Below, one piece after another: positions 1 to 9,221 of a DNA stretch of 64,000 nt. Location: NCBI GenBank assembly GCA_965648905.1, contig CBFGIT010000008.1, positions 22,255-86,254 on the forward strand, written 5' to 3'. A program made the translations under genes and the position numbers. A model generated the notes under the pieces. The model was not told where the DNA came from. It searched no databases and saw nothing but the letters and a program-made list of their open reading frames with translations. This stretch comes from a candidate division WOR-3 bacterium. Its GTDB lineage: Bacteria > Hydrothermota > Tepidihabitantia > Tepidihabitantales > Tepidihabitantaceae. Position 1 is the first letter of the stretch; every line of letters begins with the position of its first letter.

Positions 1-689
1 CGAACACCAGGACTGTACTCATCCTGCGGCAACACGCCCAGTCGGCTGAAGTTGTCCACATACTTCGCATACTGCGGGAACATCCAATCAGCCACGGTCG
101 CAGGATAGGTGCCGCCCGAGTAATCAACACGCACCCGGATACGTTTGGTGACTTCGATTTCACCCCCGCCCGGGTTGACCTGAACCGGATATACCTGCAG
201 GTTCGCCACAGCCAAGTCACGCCAGACCCCAGTCTCGACAACCGAGACGTCGCGGCCCGGGTAGCTCACACTCTGACCGTAGAAGGCTCGGTCGAACACC
301 GGCGGGCCCGGCTCCTGGCCGTCAAGCAGCGGCGGTTGGAGCGGGTAGACGTTCGCCACCTTGAGCGTCTTTGTCTCGCGGGAAAGCACGCGGGTGGTGA
401 CGCGTGCGCCTGAGGGAATCGCCAAGAGCACCGAAACCTTCGGTACCTGAGGCTTGCCCTCTTCGAGAACCGCCATCACCTCGCCGGGCAGAGTCACGAG
501 CGAGAACTCATTGCCCTCGGCCGTCATCGGCGTCACCTCAACGCCCGGCACGACGACCTCAAAGGTCGTGCCCCTCGTGCTCTGGTCCAGGATCGTGATG
601 CGGGCGCTGCCTTCTGGTCCGCCCGTGCTCTGCCAGGCAGCAGAGGCAGTCGTGACGGCCAGCAGCGCGGCCAATACTATCCTCATCAT
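1..689 (-). CDS. Secreted peptidase C25 (gingipain-like) N-terminal propeptide region; 3' end runs out of window
   Basis: Minus-strand translation from ATG at 689..687 gives MMRIVLAALLAVTTASAAW (signal peptide). It continues with motifs typical of the C25 propeptide (FYGQSVSYPGRDVSVVE..., VYPVQVNPGGGEIEVTKRIRVRVDY). RBS GGAGG lies 7 nt upstream. The ORF is open to position 1. Confidence 0.55.
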   Translation of the reverse strand, partial: MMRIVLAALLAVTTASAAWQSTGGPEGSARITILDQSTRGTTFEVVVPGVEVTPMTAEGNEFSLVTLPGEVMAVLEEGKPQVPKVSVLLAIPSGARVTTRVLSRETKTLKVANVYPLQPPLLDGQEPGPPVFDRAFYGQSVSYPGRDVSVVETGVWRDLAVANLQVYPVQVNPGGGEIEVTKRIRVRVDYSGGTYPATVADWMFPQYAKYVDNFSRLGVLPQDEYSPGV

Positions 690-872
690 TCAGGACCTCC
701 TGTCAGCAGACAGCTTCTCGGCTGCGCCTTTGAGGCAGCTTCAGTACCCGGGCCTGCGCAGCCGGTCCGGTCCGGATACCTGCATCAGTTTCTGCCAGCC
801 TGATTCAGTATAGTCTGCCGACCACGGATGTCAACTCACTCACGCCGGGACCAGAACCCAGGCCGGAACGTG

Positions 873-1904
873 CTATTCGTGCGCCTTGGTTGGTGCAGGC
901 TCGAATCGATACGGGTACTCGAATGACCTGCGGTGACGTCGGTCCGAGCCGGCAAGCCTGAACTTCGACGCGCGGGCGTTCTCGACCGCAAGACTGTCGA
1001 GCAGCGGAATCCCGCTGGAACGGCGAACCACCGCGGCGATGACATTGCCCTTGTTGTCGGTCGTAATCTCAACCAACACAGTCCCGGTGTCGCCAACCCC
1101 GACCTGGGGCAGAGGCGGAGCGCTGAGACGCTCCGGCAACACGGTCTGCCCGGCCCCGCCTGCCCGCCGTCCTTCAAACCGGCGTTCGACCGGCCGCGGT
1201 CGCTCCTCCGACCGATGACGTGCCGAAACGCTGAAGCGCTCATCCTGGCCCTGGACACGCTCATTGGATTCGGACTCGACCTTGTCGGTCTGCGCCGGTG
1301 TTTCGACCGCAGCCTGAGGCACGGCGGCGTCTTCTGAGAGATGGTCCTCTTGCTTCTGCACGGTAGCCGCAGCTTCGACCTCAACCTTCTTCTTCGATGG
1401 TCCGCTGACTCGACCCGACTTGCCGACCAGCACAGGTTCGGCCTTCTGCTCAAGTGAGGGAGCGGTCTCCTCTGCCGATTCGAGCCCGCTCGTCGCGCTC
1501 GGCTGCACCCGTTCCGGACGACGAACCGGCTCGTGCCGAAGCAGACCCGGGCCCATCGTTTGCCAGCCGACCAGCACAACGACCAGCACGACAACCAACG
1601 CGCCGGCCAGAGTGGCGACTCTGGGCCAGACAAACGAAGGCCGGTAGAACTGCTGACGCGGTCGCCTGTCCTGCTCGAGCCGACGCTGCACCCTCGCGCG
1701 GACCCAGTCCCAGTAGTCTTCGGCCAACTCAGGCGGCCCGACCTTGCGCGTCAGGCTGGTCAGATGCTCCAGTCTGACCAGCTCGCGCTGGCAGTCAGCA
1801 CAGGTCTTGAGGTGCTCGCGGACACTCTCCTCGGTCACCTGGTTCAACTCGCGGTCGTGCAGCGCCCCGAGCAGGGGGCGGAATGCCCGGCATTCTCGCT
1901 TCAT
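873..1904 (-). CDS. Anti-sigma factor with zf-HC2 (HLKTCADCQRE), one TM helix and a TonB-C-like C-terminal domain
   Basis: N-terminal CxxC/H zinc-finger motif typical of ECF anti-sigma factors. Hydrophobic segment LAGALVVVLVVVLVGW. C-terminus resembles a TonB C-terminal domain. Start overlaps the sigma-gene stop (ATGA). Confidence 0.6.
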   Translation of the reverse strand: MKRECRAFRPLLGALHDRELNQVTEESVREHLKTCADCQRELVRLEHLTSLTRKVGPPELAEDYWDWVRARVQRRLEQDRRPRQQFYRPSFVWPRVATLAGALVVVLVVVLVGWQTMGPGLLRHEPVRRPERVQPSATSGLESAEETAPSLEQKAEPVLVGKSGRVSGPSKKKVEVEAAATVQKQEDHLSEDAAVPQAAVETPAQTDKVESESNERVQGQDERFSVSARHRSEERPRPVERRFEGRRAGGAGQTVLPERLSAPPLPQVGVGDTGTVLVEITTDNKGNVIAAVVRRSSGIPLLDSLAVENARASKFRLAGSDRRHRRSFEYPYRFEPAPTKAHE

Positions 1905-2533
1905 GTTCGCGGCATGTACTCCTTGAGCAGTTGTTTCAGCTTCTCGCGCGCCCGGTTAAGACGCGACATCACCGTGCCGACCGGTATCCCGAGCGTCTCG
2001 CTGATTTCACTATAGCTCATCTCCTGGTCGACCCGCAAGACGAACACCACCCGCTGGTCCGCGGGCAGCCGGGTCAGAGCCCGGTTCAGGTCGCGCCGCA
2101 GACCAGAAGTATCCACGTCCGACTTCGGGTCTGCGATGTCGACCGCGTCAGCCTCGCCGTCACTCTGAGGCAGCGGAACCAGCCGGAAGCGTTTGTTCCG
2201 GTTCAAGTGGTTGATGCAGAGGTTCACGGCAATCTTCCTCAGCCAGGTGTAGAGCTGATACCGCTCATCGAACCGACTGATTGACCGGAATGCCCGGATG
2301 AACGTCTCCTGGGTCAGGTCGTCGGCGTCAGCATGGGAATGAACGAAGCCGTAGGTCACTTTGTAGATGCTCCTGACATATCGCCTCATCAGCTCGTCGA
2401 ACGCGGCCGTATCCCCGGACTGGACCGACCGGATCAGCGCAAGGTCCGGGACCCGGTCGCGGGTTCCGTCATCAACATCTACCGTTGTAGTGGACGGACT
2501 ATTCCGGAGGCTATCCGAAGCGGCGGCCTTCAA
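1901..2533 (-). CDS. ECF-type RNA polymerase sigma-70 factor
   Basis: Sigma70 region 2 (DLTQETFIRAFRSISRF) and region 4 HTH (MSYSEISETLGIPVGTVMSRLNRAREKL). Translationally coupled to the downstream anti-sigma gene. Confidence 0.85.
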   Translation of the reverse strand: MKAAASDSLRNSPSTTTVDVDDGTRDRVPDLALIRSVQSGDTAAFDELMRRYVRSIYKVTYGFVHSHADADDLTQETFIRAFRSISRFDERYQLYTWLRKIAVNLCINHLNRNKRFRLVPLPQSDGEADAVDIADPKSDVDTSGLRRDLNRALTRLPADQRVVFVLRVDQEMSYSEISETLGIPVGTVMSRLNRAREKLKQLLKEYMPRT

Positions 2534-3821
2534 ACTTGCCGCCTTTCACCAGGCCTTCATAGTGGCGCATGACCAGGTGGGCCTCAATCTGCTGGAGCGT
2601 ATCAAGCGCCACGCCGACAATAATCATCAACGTGGTCCCGCCGAAGTAGAAGGGTACGCGGAACGCGCTCATCAGATACCAGGGCAGCAGAGCCATGATG
2701 ACCAGAAAGACCGCACCCGGCAGGGTAATCAGCGAAAGTGCCCGGTCGATGTAGGCAGCGGTCTTCTCGCCCGGCCTGATACCGGGAATGAACCCGCCGT
2801 AGCGCTGCATGTTGTCGGCAAGGTCGCGCGGGTTGAACACAACCGACGTATAGAAGTAGGTGAAGAAGACGATCAGGGCCGCATAGAGCAGATTGTACAG
2901 CCACCCGCCGGGATTGAGCATGCTCTGCAGAGATTGAGTCCACGGCGCCTTGACAAAGGTGGCGAACGTCGAGGGGAAGACAACGAGACTCTGGGCAAAG
3001 ATAATCGGTATCACGCCCGCGGTCCAGATGCGGAGCGGAATGTGTGTTGACTGACCGCCGTACATCCTCCGGCCGACGATGCGCTTCGGATACTGGACCG
3101 GTATCTTGCGCACCGCCATGGTCAGTTCCACTACTCCGGCGTAGACCGCAAAAATGACCACGGCAATCATCACCAGCGCCAGCCAGGAGATCTCTCCGGC
3201 CCGGACCATGTTGAAAGTTCGTCCGATGTCCTGGGGAGTGTTGTCGAGACACCCCACGAAGATTAGAAAGGAGATGCCGTTGCCGATACCCCGGTCGGTA
3301 ATCTGCTCACCCAGCCACATGGCGAGAATCGTTCCCGCGGTCAGGGTAATGATGGTCATCAGCCGGAAGAAAAACCCGGGGGTTACGACAATCGAGCCGA
3401 ACTGGCCGACCGGCTGATTCTCAAGGTAAATCGCGATGGTCGACGCCTGAATTACGGCCAGCGCCACGGTCGCATAGCGGGTGTACTGATTGACCTTCTT
3501 GCGGCCTTCTTCGTCCTTCTGCAGTTTTTCCAGATAGGGAAAAACCGACCCGAGAAGCTGGAACACAATCGATGCCGAGATGTAGGGCATGATGCCCAGT
3601 GCGAACACCGACGCACGGGACAGCGCACCGCCGACGAAGATGTCATACAGCCCGAACACCGTGCCGCGCAACTGGCCAAGCATGTAAGCCAGAGCCTGAG
3701 CATTGATACCCGGCACCGGAATGTGCCCGCCCAGACGGTAGGCAACAACCATCGCCAGGGTGAAGATGATCTTCCGGCGCAGGTCCGGAATCTTGAATAT
3801 GTTGGGAAGGCTGCCGGTCAA
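2511..3821 (-). CDS. secY: Preprotein translocase subunit SecY
   Basis: 436 aa, 10-TM profile, conserved SecY motifs (GIMPYISASI, LLPWYL). Confidence 0.95.
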   Translation of the reverse strand: MTGSLPNIFKIPDLRRKIIFTLAMVVAYRLGGHIPVPGINAQALAYMLGQLRGTVFGLYDIFVGGALSRASVFALGIMPYISASIVFQLLGSVFPYLEKLQKDEEGRKKVNQYTRYATVALAVIQASTIAIYLENQPVGQFGSIVVTPGFFFRLMTIITLTAGTILAMWLGEQITDRGIGNGISFLIFVGCLDNTPQDIGRTFNMVRAGEISWLALVMIAVVIFAVYAGVVELTMAVRKIPVQYPKRIVGRRMYGGQSTHIPLRIWTAGVIPIIFAQSLVVFPSTFATFVKAPWTQSLQSMLNPGGWLYNLLYAALIVFFTYFYTSVVFNPRDLADNMQRYGGFIPGIRPGEKTAAYIDRALSLITLPGAVFLVIMALLPWYLMSAFRVPFYFGGTTLMIIVGVALDTLQQIEAHLVMRHYEGLVKGGKFEGRRFG

Positions 3822-4255
3822 GACAGCACCTCGACCGTACCTCCAGCCTGTTCAATCTTCGCCCGGGCCGACTTGCTGAAAGCGTGTGCGGTGACCTTGA
3901 CCGCCCGGCTGAGTTCACCCGAACCCAGCACCTTAATCCTGAGCCGGCCTTTGACCAGACCCTGAGCGCGCAGCGCGGCCGGGTCCACGGCGTCGATGGC
4001 GAGTTCGGCGAGGTCGCCGACATTCACGACCGCATACTCCTGCCGGGCCGGACTGACAAAGCCGCGCTTCGGAATCCGACGATAGAACGGCATCTGGCCA
4101 CCTTCGAACCTGGCGTCATGACGTGGCGCCGAATGCTGACCAGCACCCTTGTGCCCGCGGGTCGAAGTCTTGCCGTGACCTGAACCCGGCCCGCAGCCGC
4201 GGCGCTTGCGCCGGTGGGTCGAGCCCGGTGCCGGCTTGAGCGTCGTGAGTTTCAT
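3818..4255 (-). CDS. rplO: 50S ribosomal protein L15
   Basis: MKLTTLKPAPGSTHRRKRRGCGPGSGHGKTSTRGHKG... is a typical L15 N-terminus. Start overlaps the rpmD stop. Confidence 0.9.
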   Translation of the reverse strand: MKLTTLKPAPGSTHRRKRRGCGPGSGHGKTSTRGHKGAGQHSAPRHDARFEGGQMPFYRRIPKRGFVSPARQEYAVVNVGDLAELAIDAVDPAALRAQGLVKGRLRIKVLGSGELSRAVKVTAHAFSKSARAKIEQAGGTVEVLS

Positions 4256-4431
4256 GCTTCCTCGACTTTCACCAGATGCCTCACCTTAAAAATCATCCCT
4301 CTGATGACCGGTGTCGCCTTGTGGACCCGGGTCGCACCGACCCGGCGCAACCCGAGCGCACGGACGGTTCTCTTCAGCGGCTCCTTCTGGTCAATCAGGC
4401 TCTTAGCCAGCGTGACTCTCAGTTGATTCAT
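4252..4431 (-). CDS. rpmD: 50S ribosomal protein L30
   Basis: My translation: MNQLRVTLAKSLIDQKEPLKRTVRALGLRRVGATRVHKATPVIRGMIFKVRHLVKVEEA (59 aa). It sits in the L30 position between rpsE and rplO. Not present in the ORF track. Confidence 0.7.
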   Translation of the reverse strand: MNQLRVTLAKSLIDQKEPLKRTVRALGLRRVGATRVHKATPVIRGMIFKVRHLVKVEEA

Positions 4432-4956
4432 GATGGCTTGCCCTTTCTACGAAGTGACTGACCGGTTTGTTGCGAGCCGACGCGACCATGTCGATGGTCC
4501 GGACCTGAGCCAGTGCGGCAATCGTAGCCCGGGCCGTGTTGTAGGCGTTCCTTGAGCCAAGCGACTTGGAGAGCGCATCGCGCAGGCCGGCCGCTTCGAG
4601 CACTGCCCGGACCTGAGGACAGGCAATCAACCCGGTGCCTTGGGCCGCGGGTTTGACGATGACCCGGCTCGCTCCGAACTTGCCCCGGGTCTCATGGGGG
4701 ATGGTGTACCCTTTGGTCGCCACCCGCACCATGTCCTTGCGCGCCCGGGCCGTGGCCTTGCGCACCGCAACCGCGACTTCGGTCGCCTTGCCGTGCCCCA
4801 GACCGACCATGCCCTTTCCATCACCGACCACAACGGACGCTGATATCCGCATCCGTTTGCCGCCCTTCATCACCTTGGAGACCCGCTTGATGTTGATTAC
4901 CCGTTCAACGAACTCGAGCTCGGGCTGAGCAGCGTTACTTGTCCTGCGAGTTCCGG
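4403..4956 (-). CDS. rpsE: 30S ribosomal protein S5; true start upstream of the GTG at 4873 but no canonical start codon seen
   Basis: VVGDGKGMVGLGHGKATEV is the S5 core. Conserved N-terminal AQPELEFVERVINIKRVSKV is encoded in-frame upstream of the GTG at 4873, right after the rplR stop. Confidence 0.8.
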
Positions 4957-5304
4957 CTAGAATTTCAGACCTCCTTCTCGTGCGCCTTCGGCCACAGCCT
5001 TGACCCGGCCGTGATAGCGGTAGCCACCCCGGTCGAAAACGACCTGAGCGATACCCAGTTCCCGGGCCCGCGCTGCTATCAGCCGGCCGACTTCCTTGGC
5101 TGCCTCAGTTCGCTTGAGCTTCTTGTCACGGACCTGACCAAGCAACGATGTGACCGTTGAGAGCACTCGACCCCGGGAATCGTCAACCAGCACGGCGCTC
5201 ACCTGCCGGTTGCTGCGGTTGACGCACAATCTCGGCCGCTCCTGAGTGCCGGCGATACGCCGACGCAAACTCAGGTGCCGCCGTCTTCGTCTGTCGCGAA
5301 TCAT
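4957..5304 (-). CDS. rplR: 50S ribosomal protein L18
   Basis: 115 aa. N-terminal basic region and C-terminal GGYRYHGRVKAVAEGAREGGLKF are typical of L18. Confidence 0.9.
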   Translation of the reverse strand: MIRDRRRRRHLSLRRRIAGTQERPRLCVNRSNRQVSAVLVDDSRGRVLSTVTSLLGQVRDKKLKRTEAAKEVGRLIAARARELGIAQVVFDRGGYRYHGRVKAVAEGAREGGLKF

Positions 5305-5347
5305 GTCGAGTATACTATTGAAAAGGCCCCTGAAGTCAAGCCCTGTT

Positions 5348-6295
5348 TCAACCGAGCGCGTCGGACAGAATCCGGAAAATCATCTCGTCGTAGCTGATGC
5401 CCGCGGCCTCGGCCTGGGCCGGCAGGTCGGAAATGTCGGTCAGCCCGGGGATCGTGTTGACCTCAAGGAAGTATGGTTGCCGGTTCTGACTGATGACCAG
5501 GTCGAGTCGGGCAAATCCTTTGGCACCAACCAGTTGGAAAGCCTTGATGGATAGCTCCTTGACTCGCTTTTCAACCTTAGGGTCCAGCCGGGCCGGAATC
5601 ACGAACTCGGTCTCGCCTCGGGTATACTTGGCCTCGTAATCGTAGAACTTCTGCCGCTTAGGCACCAGTTCAAGAATCGGCAGCGGCTCAGCGCCCAGAA
5701 TCCCGACGGTCGCAATCATGCCCGGGACAAACTGCTCCAGCAGCACGTCGCCGAACCCGCGCCGGACCTTGATGCACCTTTCGATCGCTCCCTTCCTGCC
5801 TTCGAGCAGTTCGATGCCGACGCTTGAACCTTCGCAGCGCGGTTTGGCAATCATCGGGTAGCCGAATTTCTTCTCTGCCTCGGCCAGTGATGCCTCGGCC
5901 GTGTCGCGCGGCCCGATGAACACGTAGTCCGGCGTGGGAATCCCGGCGAAGGAGAAGAGCATCTTGGTGACCAGCTTATCCATACAGATGGCTGAGGCGG
6001 TCGTGCCCGAGCCGGTGTAGGGCAGCCCGAGCAGGTCAAGGAACCCCTGAATCGTGCCGTCCTCACCCGGTCGGCCGTGCAGCGCTATGAACGCCAGGTC
6101 GATTTTCGCCTTCTTCACCTGGTCGGCGAACGCCCGGGTGACGTCAATCGCCACCGCTTGGAATCCGAGTCGCTTGAGCGACTCGAGCACCCGCTGCCCG
6201 GAAAGCAGCGAGACTTCCCGCTCGCTCGACCAGCCGCCCAGGAGCACGCCGATTCGGCGCTTCTTCAGTCGCCTGATGATGTCGCTTCTACTCAC
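5348..6295 (-). CDS. ddl: D-alanine--D-alanine ligase
   Basis: 315 aa ATP-grasp ligase. N-terminal IGVLLGGWSSEREVSLLSG and the C-terminal ATP-grasp core match Ddl. Confidence 0.9.
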   Translation of the reverse strand: MSRSDIIRRLKKRRIGVLLGGWSSEREVSLLSGQRVLESLKRLGFQAVAIDVTRAFADQVKKAKIDLAFIALHGRPGEDGTIQGFLDLLGLPYTGSGTTASAICMDKLVTKMLFSFAGIPTPDYVFIGPRDTAEASLAEAEKKFGYPMIAKPRCEGSSVGIELLEGRKGAIERCIKVRRGFGDVLLEQFVPGMIATVGILGAEPLPILELVPKRQKFYDYEAKYTRGETEFVIPARLDPKVEKRVKELSIKAFQLVGAKGFARLDLVISQNRQPYFLEVNTIPGLTDISDLPAQAEAAGISYDEMIFRILSDALG

Positions 6296-6336
6296 TGTTC
6301 ACCTGCCTTAGAGTTATCAATTCACCTGGCTGCCGC

Positions 6337-7704
6337 TCACCACACTCCGGTTCTCAAGTATTCGTCGATCGAGTTCGCAGCGAGCCGGCCTGCCCCCATT
6401 GCCAGAATCACGGTTGCGGCTCCGGTAACAATGTCGCCGCCCGCGAACACGCCTTTCTTCGAAGTCCGACCGGTCTTCGGGTCGGCGATAATGTTGCCGT
6501 GCTTGGCCACAGAAATCCCGGGTGTGGTCTGAGGAATCAACGGATTCGGGCTGTTGCCGATCGCCACGACCACGGTATCCACCGCAATCCGGAACTCACT
6601 GCCTCGAACCGGAACCGGTCGCCGCCGGCCGCTGGCATCCGGCTCCCCCAGTTCCATCCTCAGACACTCGACCTCACGCACCCAGCCCTGCTCGTCGGCG
6701 ATGTAGCGCAACGGGTTGGTCAGAAGATGGAACTCGATCCCCTCCTGCTCGGCGTGATGCACCTCAGCCGACCGGGCCGGCATCTCCTCGCGCGACCGGC
6801 GGTAGATGAGCATCGACTTCTCCGCCCCCAGCCTCAGGGCGGTCCGGGCCGAGTCCATGGCGACGTTGCCGCCGCCGATGGTCGCCACCCGCTTGCCCCG
6901 GACAATCGGCGTATCGTACTTCGGGAACAGGTAAGCCTTCATCAGATTCGAACGGGTGAGGTACTCGTTGGCCGAGTAAATCCCGAGTGCATTCTCGCCC
7001 GGTATCCCCATGAAAGACGGCTGGCCGGCGCCGGTTCCGACAAACACCGCGTCGAACTCGGCCAGGAGCTCATCGACGGTCTTGAGCTTGCCGACCACGT
7101 AGTTCAACTCCAGCTTGACACCCATCGACTGAACGAACTTCACCTCCCGCTCGACAATCGCCTTGGGCAGTCGGAACTCGGGAATACCGTAGACCAGCAC
7201 TCCGCCCGGCTTGTGCAGCGCCTCAAACATCGTTACCGAGTGCCCCAGCTTGGCCAGGTCACTGGCCACGGTCAGCCCGGCCGGCCCGGCACCCACGACC
7301 GCAACTTTCTTACCGGTGGCAGGCTTCATCTCGCACATCACGCACTCGTTCTGCTCTGCCTCCCAGTCGGCAATGAACCGTTCCAGATTACCGATTGCCA
7401 CCGACTCCATCTTTTTCGCCAATACGCACTGCCCCTCGCACTGAGTTTCCTGCGGACAGACCCGGCCGCAGATTGCGGGCAGCGTATTGGTCTGCTTCAT
7501 CACCTTCATCGCCTCCCAGAAGTTGCCCAGAGCAATCTGGCCGATGAAACCCGGGATGTCGATGTTCACCGGGCAGCCCTGGACACAGCCCGGCTTCTTG
7601 CACTGCAGACAGCGTTTTGCTTCCTCAACCGCTTCTTCCGGTGAATAGCCGAACGGGACCTCGTCGAAGTTCCGGGCCCTTGCCCCGGGTTCCTGCTCGC
7701 GCAT
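6337..7704 (-). CDS. NADPH-dependent FAD/Fe-S oxidoreductase, GltD/SudA/NfnB-like (large subunit of NfnAB-type ferredoxin:NADP oxidoreductase)
   Basis: N-terminal 2x[4Fe-4S] Cys clusters (CLQCKKPGCVQGCP, CGRVCPQETQCEGQC). Two Rossmann GxGxxG sites (VAVVGAGPAGL, ATIGGGNVAMD). Start set at the internal Met after the 16-nt gap to the upstream gene. Confidence 0.8.
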   Translation of the reverse strand: MREQEPGARARNFDEVPFGYSPEEAVEEAKRCLQCKKPGCVQGCPVNIDIPGFIGQIALGNFWEAMKVMKQTNTLPAICGRVCPQETQCEGQCVLAKKMESVAIGNLERFIADWEAEQNECVMCEMKPATGKKVAVVGAGPAGLTVASDLAKLGHSVTMFEALHKPGGVLVYGIPEFRLPKAIVEREVKFVQSMGVKLELNYVVGKLKTVDELLAEFDAVFVGTGAGQPSFMGIPGENALGIYSANEYLTRSNLMKAYLFPKYDTPIVRGKRVATIGGGNVAMDSARTALRLGAEKSMLIYRRSREEMPARSAEVHHAEQEGIEFHLLTNPLRYIADEQGWVREVECLRMELGEPDASGRRRPVPVRGSEFRIAVDTVVVAIGNSPNPLIPQTTPGISVAKHGNIIADPKTGRTSKKGVFAGGDIVTGAATVILAMGAGRLAANSIDEYLRTGVW

Positions 7705-7720
7705 CGCGGTCTTCTTCGGG

Positions 7721-8566
7721 CTAACCTTGGCCACAGCAACCTCCCTGCCCGCGACCGCAGCATTGGACACTCTGTGCTTCGTAGAGCGCGAGCGACTGCT
7801 TCTCCTCGGCGAGGTAGGTCCGCAACCGCGCAATCAGAAGGTCAAAGTCAACCTTGTGACCATCGAACTCCGGCCCGTCCACGCAGGCCAGCTTGGTCTC
7901 ACCGCCCACTTCCACCCGGCAGACCCCGCACATCCCGGTCGCGTCGAGCATGATCGGGTTCAGGGAGACAACCGTCGGGATACCGTACGGCTGGGTCAGC
8001 TTTGACACCATCTTCATCATGATGACCGGACCGACCGCGAAGACCTGGTCAACCTTCTCCCCACGGTCGATGACCCGCTGGAGCATGTCGGTGACGAAAC
8101 CCTTGTTGCCGTTCGACCCGTCATCAGTCGCGACAATGAGCTCATCCGAAACCGCGGCCATCTCCTGGTCCATCAGTATCAGGTCTTTGTTCCGAAAACC
8201 GATGATCGAGATGACCCGATTACCTGCCTGCTTCAGGGCCCGGGCAACCGGGAAGATCTCGGGCGTTCCTACCCCGCCGCCGATGCAGACCACGGTCCCG
8301 AACTTCTCGATGTGAGAAGGTCGGCCCAGAGGACCAATCAAATCCATGATGCTGTCGCCCGCCTGCAACGTGCCCAGCAGCCGAGTTGACTTGCCGACCT
8401 CCTGGAAGACAATCACAAGAATACCCTTCTCCGGCACGACATCGGCAACGGTCAGAGGAATCCGCTCGCCTTCCTCGGTGACACGCAGCACGACGAACTG
8501 CCCGGGCTGAGCCTTGCGGCTGATTTCTGGAGCGTCAAGCTCGAATCGCTTGATACCGGGCGACAA
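7721..8566 (-). CDS. Ferredoxin-NADP reductase-like small subunit (SudB/NfnA/PyrK family, FAD + 2Fe-2S)
   Basis: FAD-binding beta-barrel (RIPLTVADV). NAD-binding GTVVCIGGGVGTPEI. C-terminal Cys cluster CGVCRVEVGGETKLACVDGPEF. Confidence 0.8.
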   Translation of the reverse strand: MSPGIKRFELDAPEISRKAQPGQFVVLRVTEEGERIPLTVADVVPEKGILVIVFQEVGKSTRLLGTLQAGDSIMDLIGPLGRPSHIEKFGTVVCIGGGVGTPEIFPVARALKQAGNRVISIIGFRNKDLILMDQEMAAVSDELIVATDDGSNGNKGFVTDMLQRVIDRGEKVDQVFAVGPVIMMKMVSKLTQPYGIPTVVSLNPIMLDATGMCGVCRVEVGGETKLACVDGPEFDGHKVDFDLLIARLRTYLAEEKQSLALYEAQSVQCCGRGQGGCCGQG

Positions 8567-9221
8567 CGACTGAACTGACAGAATCCTGGTCGTAGAGCCT
8601 CCTGATGCTTGAGATAACCGGCCGAGGTTGCGTAACTAACTGGGTTTCCGATGCTCAAGTTCAGGACCGTGTTCCACGCCGCGGAAACGGCCCGAACTGA
8701 GCAATAAGAATAACCATAAGCTGAGAAATGTCAATAGCACCTGCCACCAACTCAAACCAAAAGTCCCCGGCTGGCCGGGGTTCTCCGGTGACGCCGGAAT
8801 GTTGCCCGAGCGAGTGCTTCTGCCCGTCACCGCCGATAACCGTGCCATCGGCGCTGCCAGCCCGCTCCGGCCTGCTGCCGGGCCGGCGACCGACATTGAC
8901 AGAGCCTAATCCCGGCTGTAGCCTTAGTCGTCATTGTCAGACTGCCGAACGTTCCGGGGTGCGTGCGGAACTATCGTGTGGTGTCAGTCCACTCCCTGCC
9001 CCATGCGCCGCAATGCACCCCTTTGCTCGCACGGCTTGATTCCGGTCTGACCGACGCCGACCCGACCAACCCGTGACGCGAACTGCTAATCACATGCCCG
9101 ACAGAACTCAAGCCGCCGGCTCAACTCGATTTCCTCCCCTGTTGCTGGCCGGCGCGGCATGCCCATCGCCCTGATGCTCACCCCTGGCTGTCGGCACCTT
9201 TCCATTTTTCGCTCCCGGACG

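Noticed and set aside
404-813. Plus-strand ORFs 404..598 and 454..813
   Set aside because: They are antisense to the open minus-strand frame encoding the signal peptide and C25-propeptide-like sequence. The composition is Pro/Ser/Arg-rich.
836-1633. 265-aa minus-strand ORF overlapping the anti-sigma gene
   Set aside because: It is an alternative frame of the same strand as 873..1904 and has no motifs, whereas 873..1904 carries the zf-HC2 and TM features.
8636-8896. Small hydrophobic minus-strand ORF (C-terminal LLTFLSLWLFLLLSSGRF) in the nfnA/MBL divergent intergenic region
   Set aside because: No RBS, and it would start at an internal GTG. It coincides with an AT-rich patch that is more likely promoter DNA. 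Kept out of the features.
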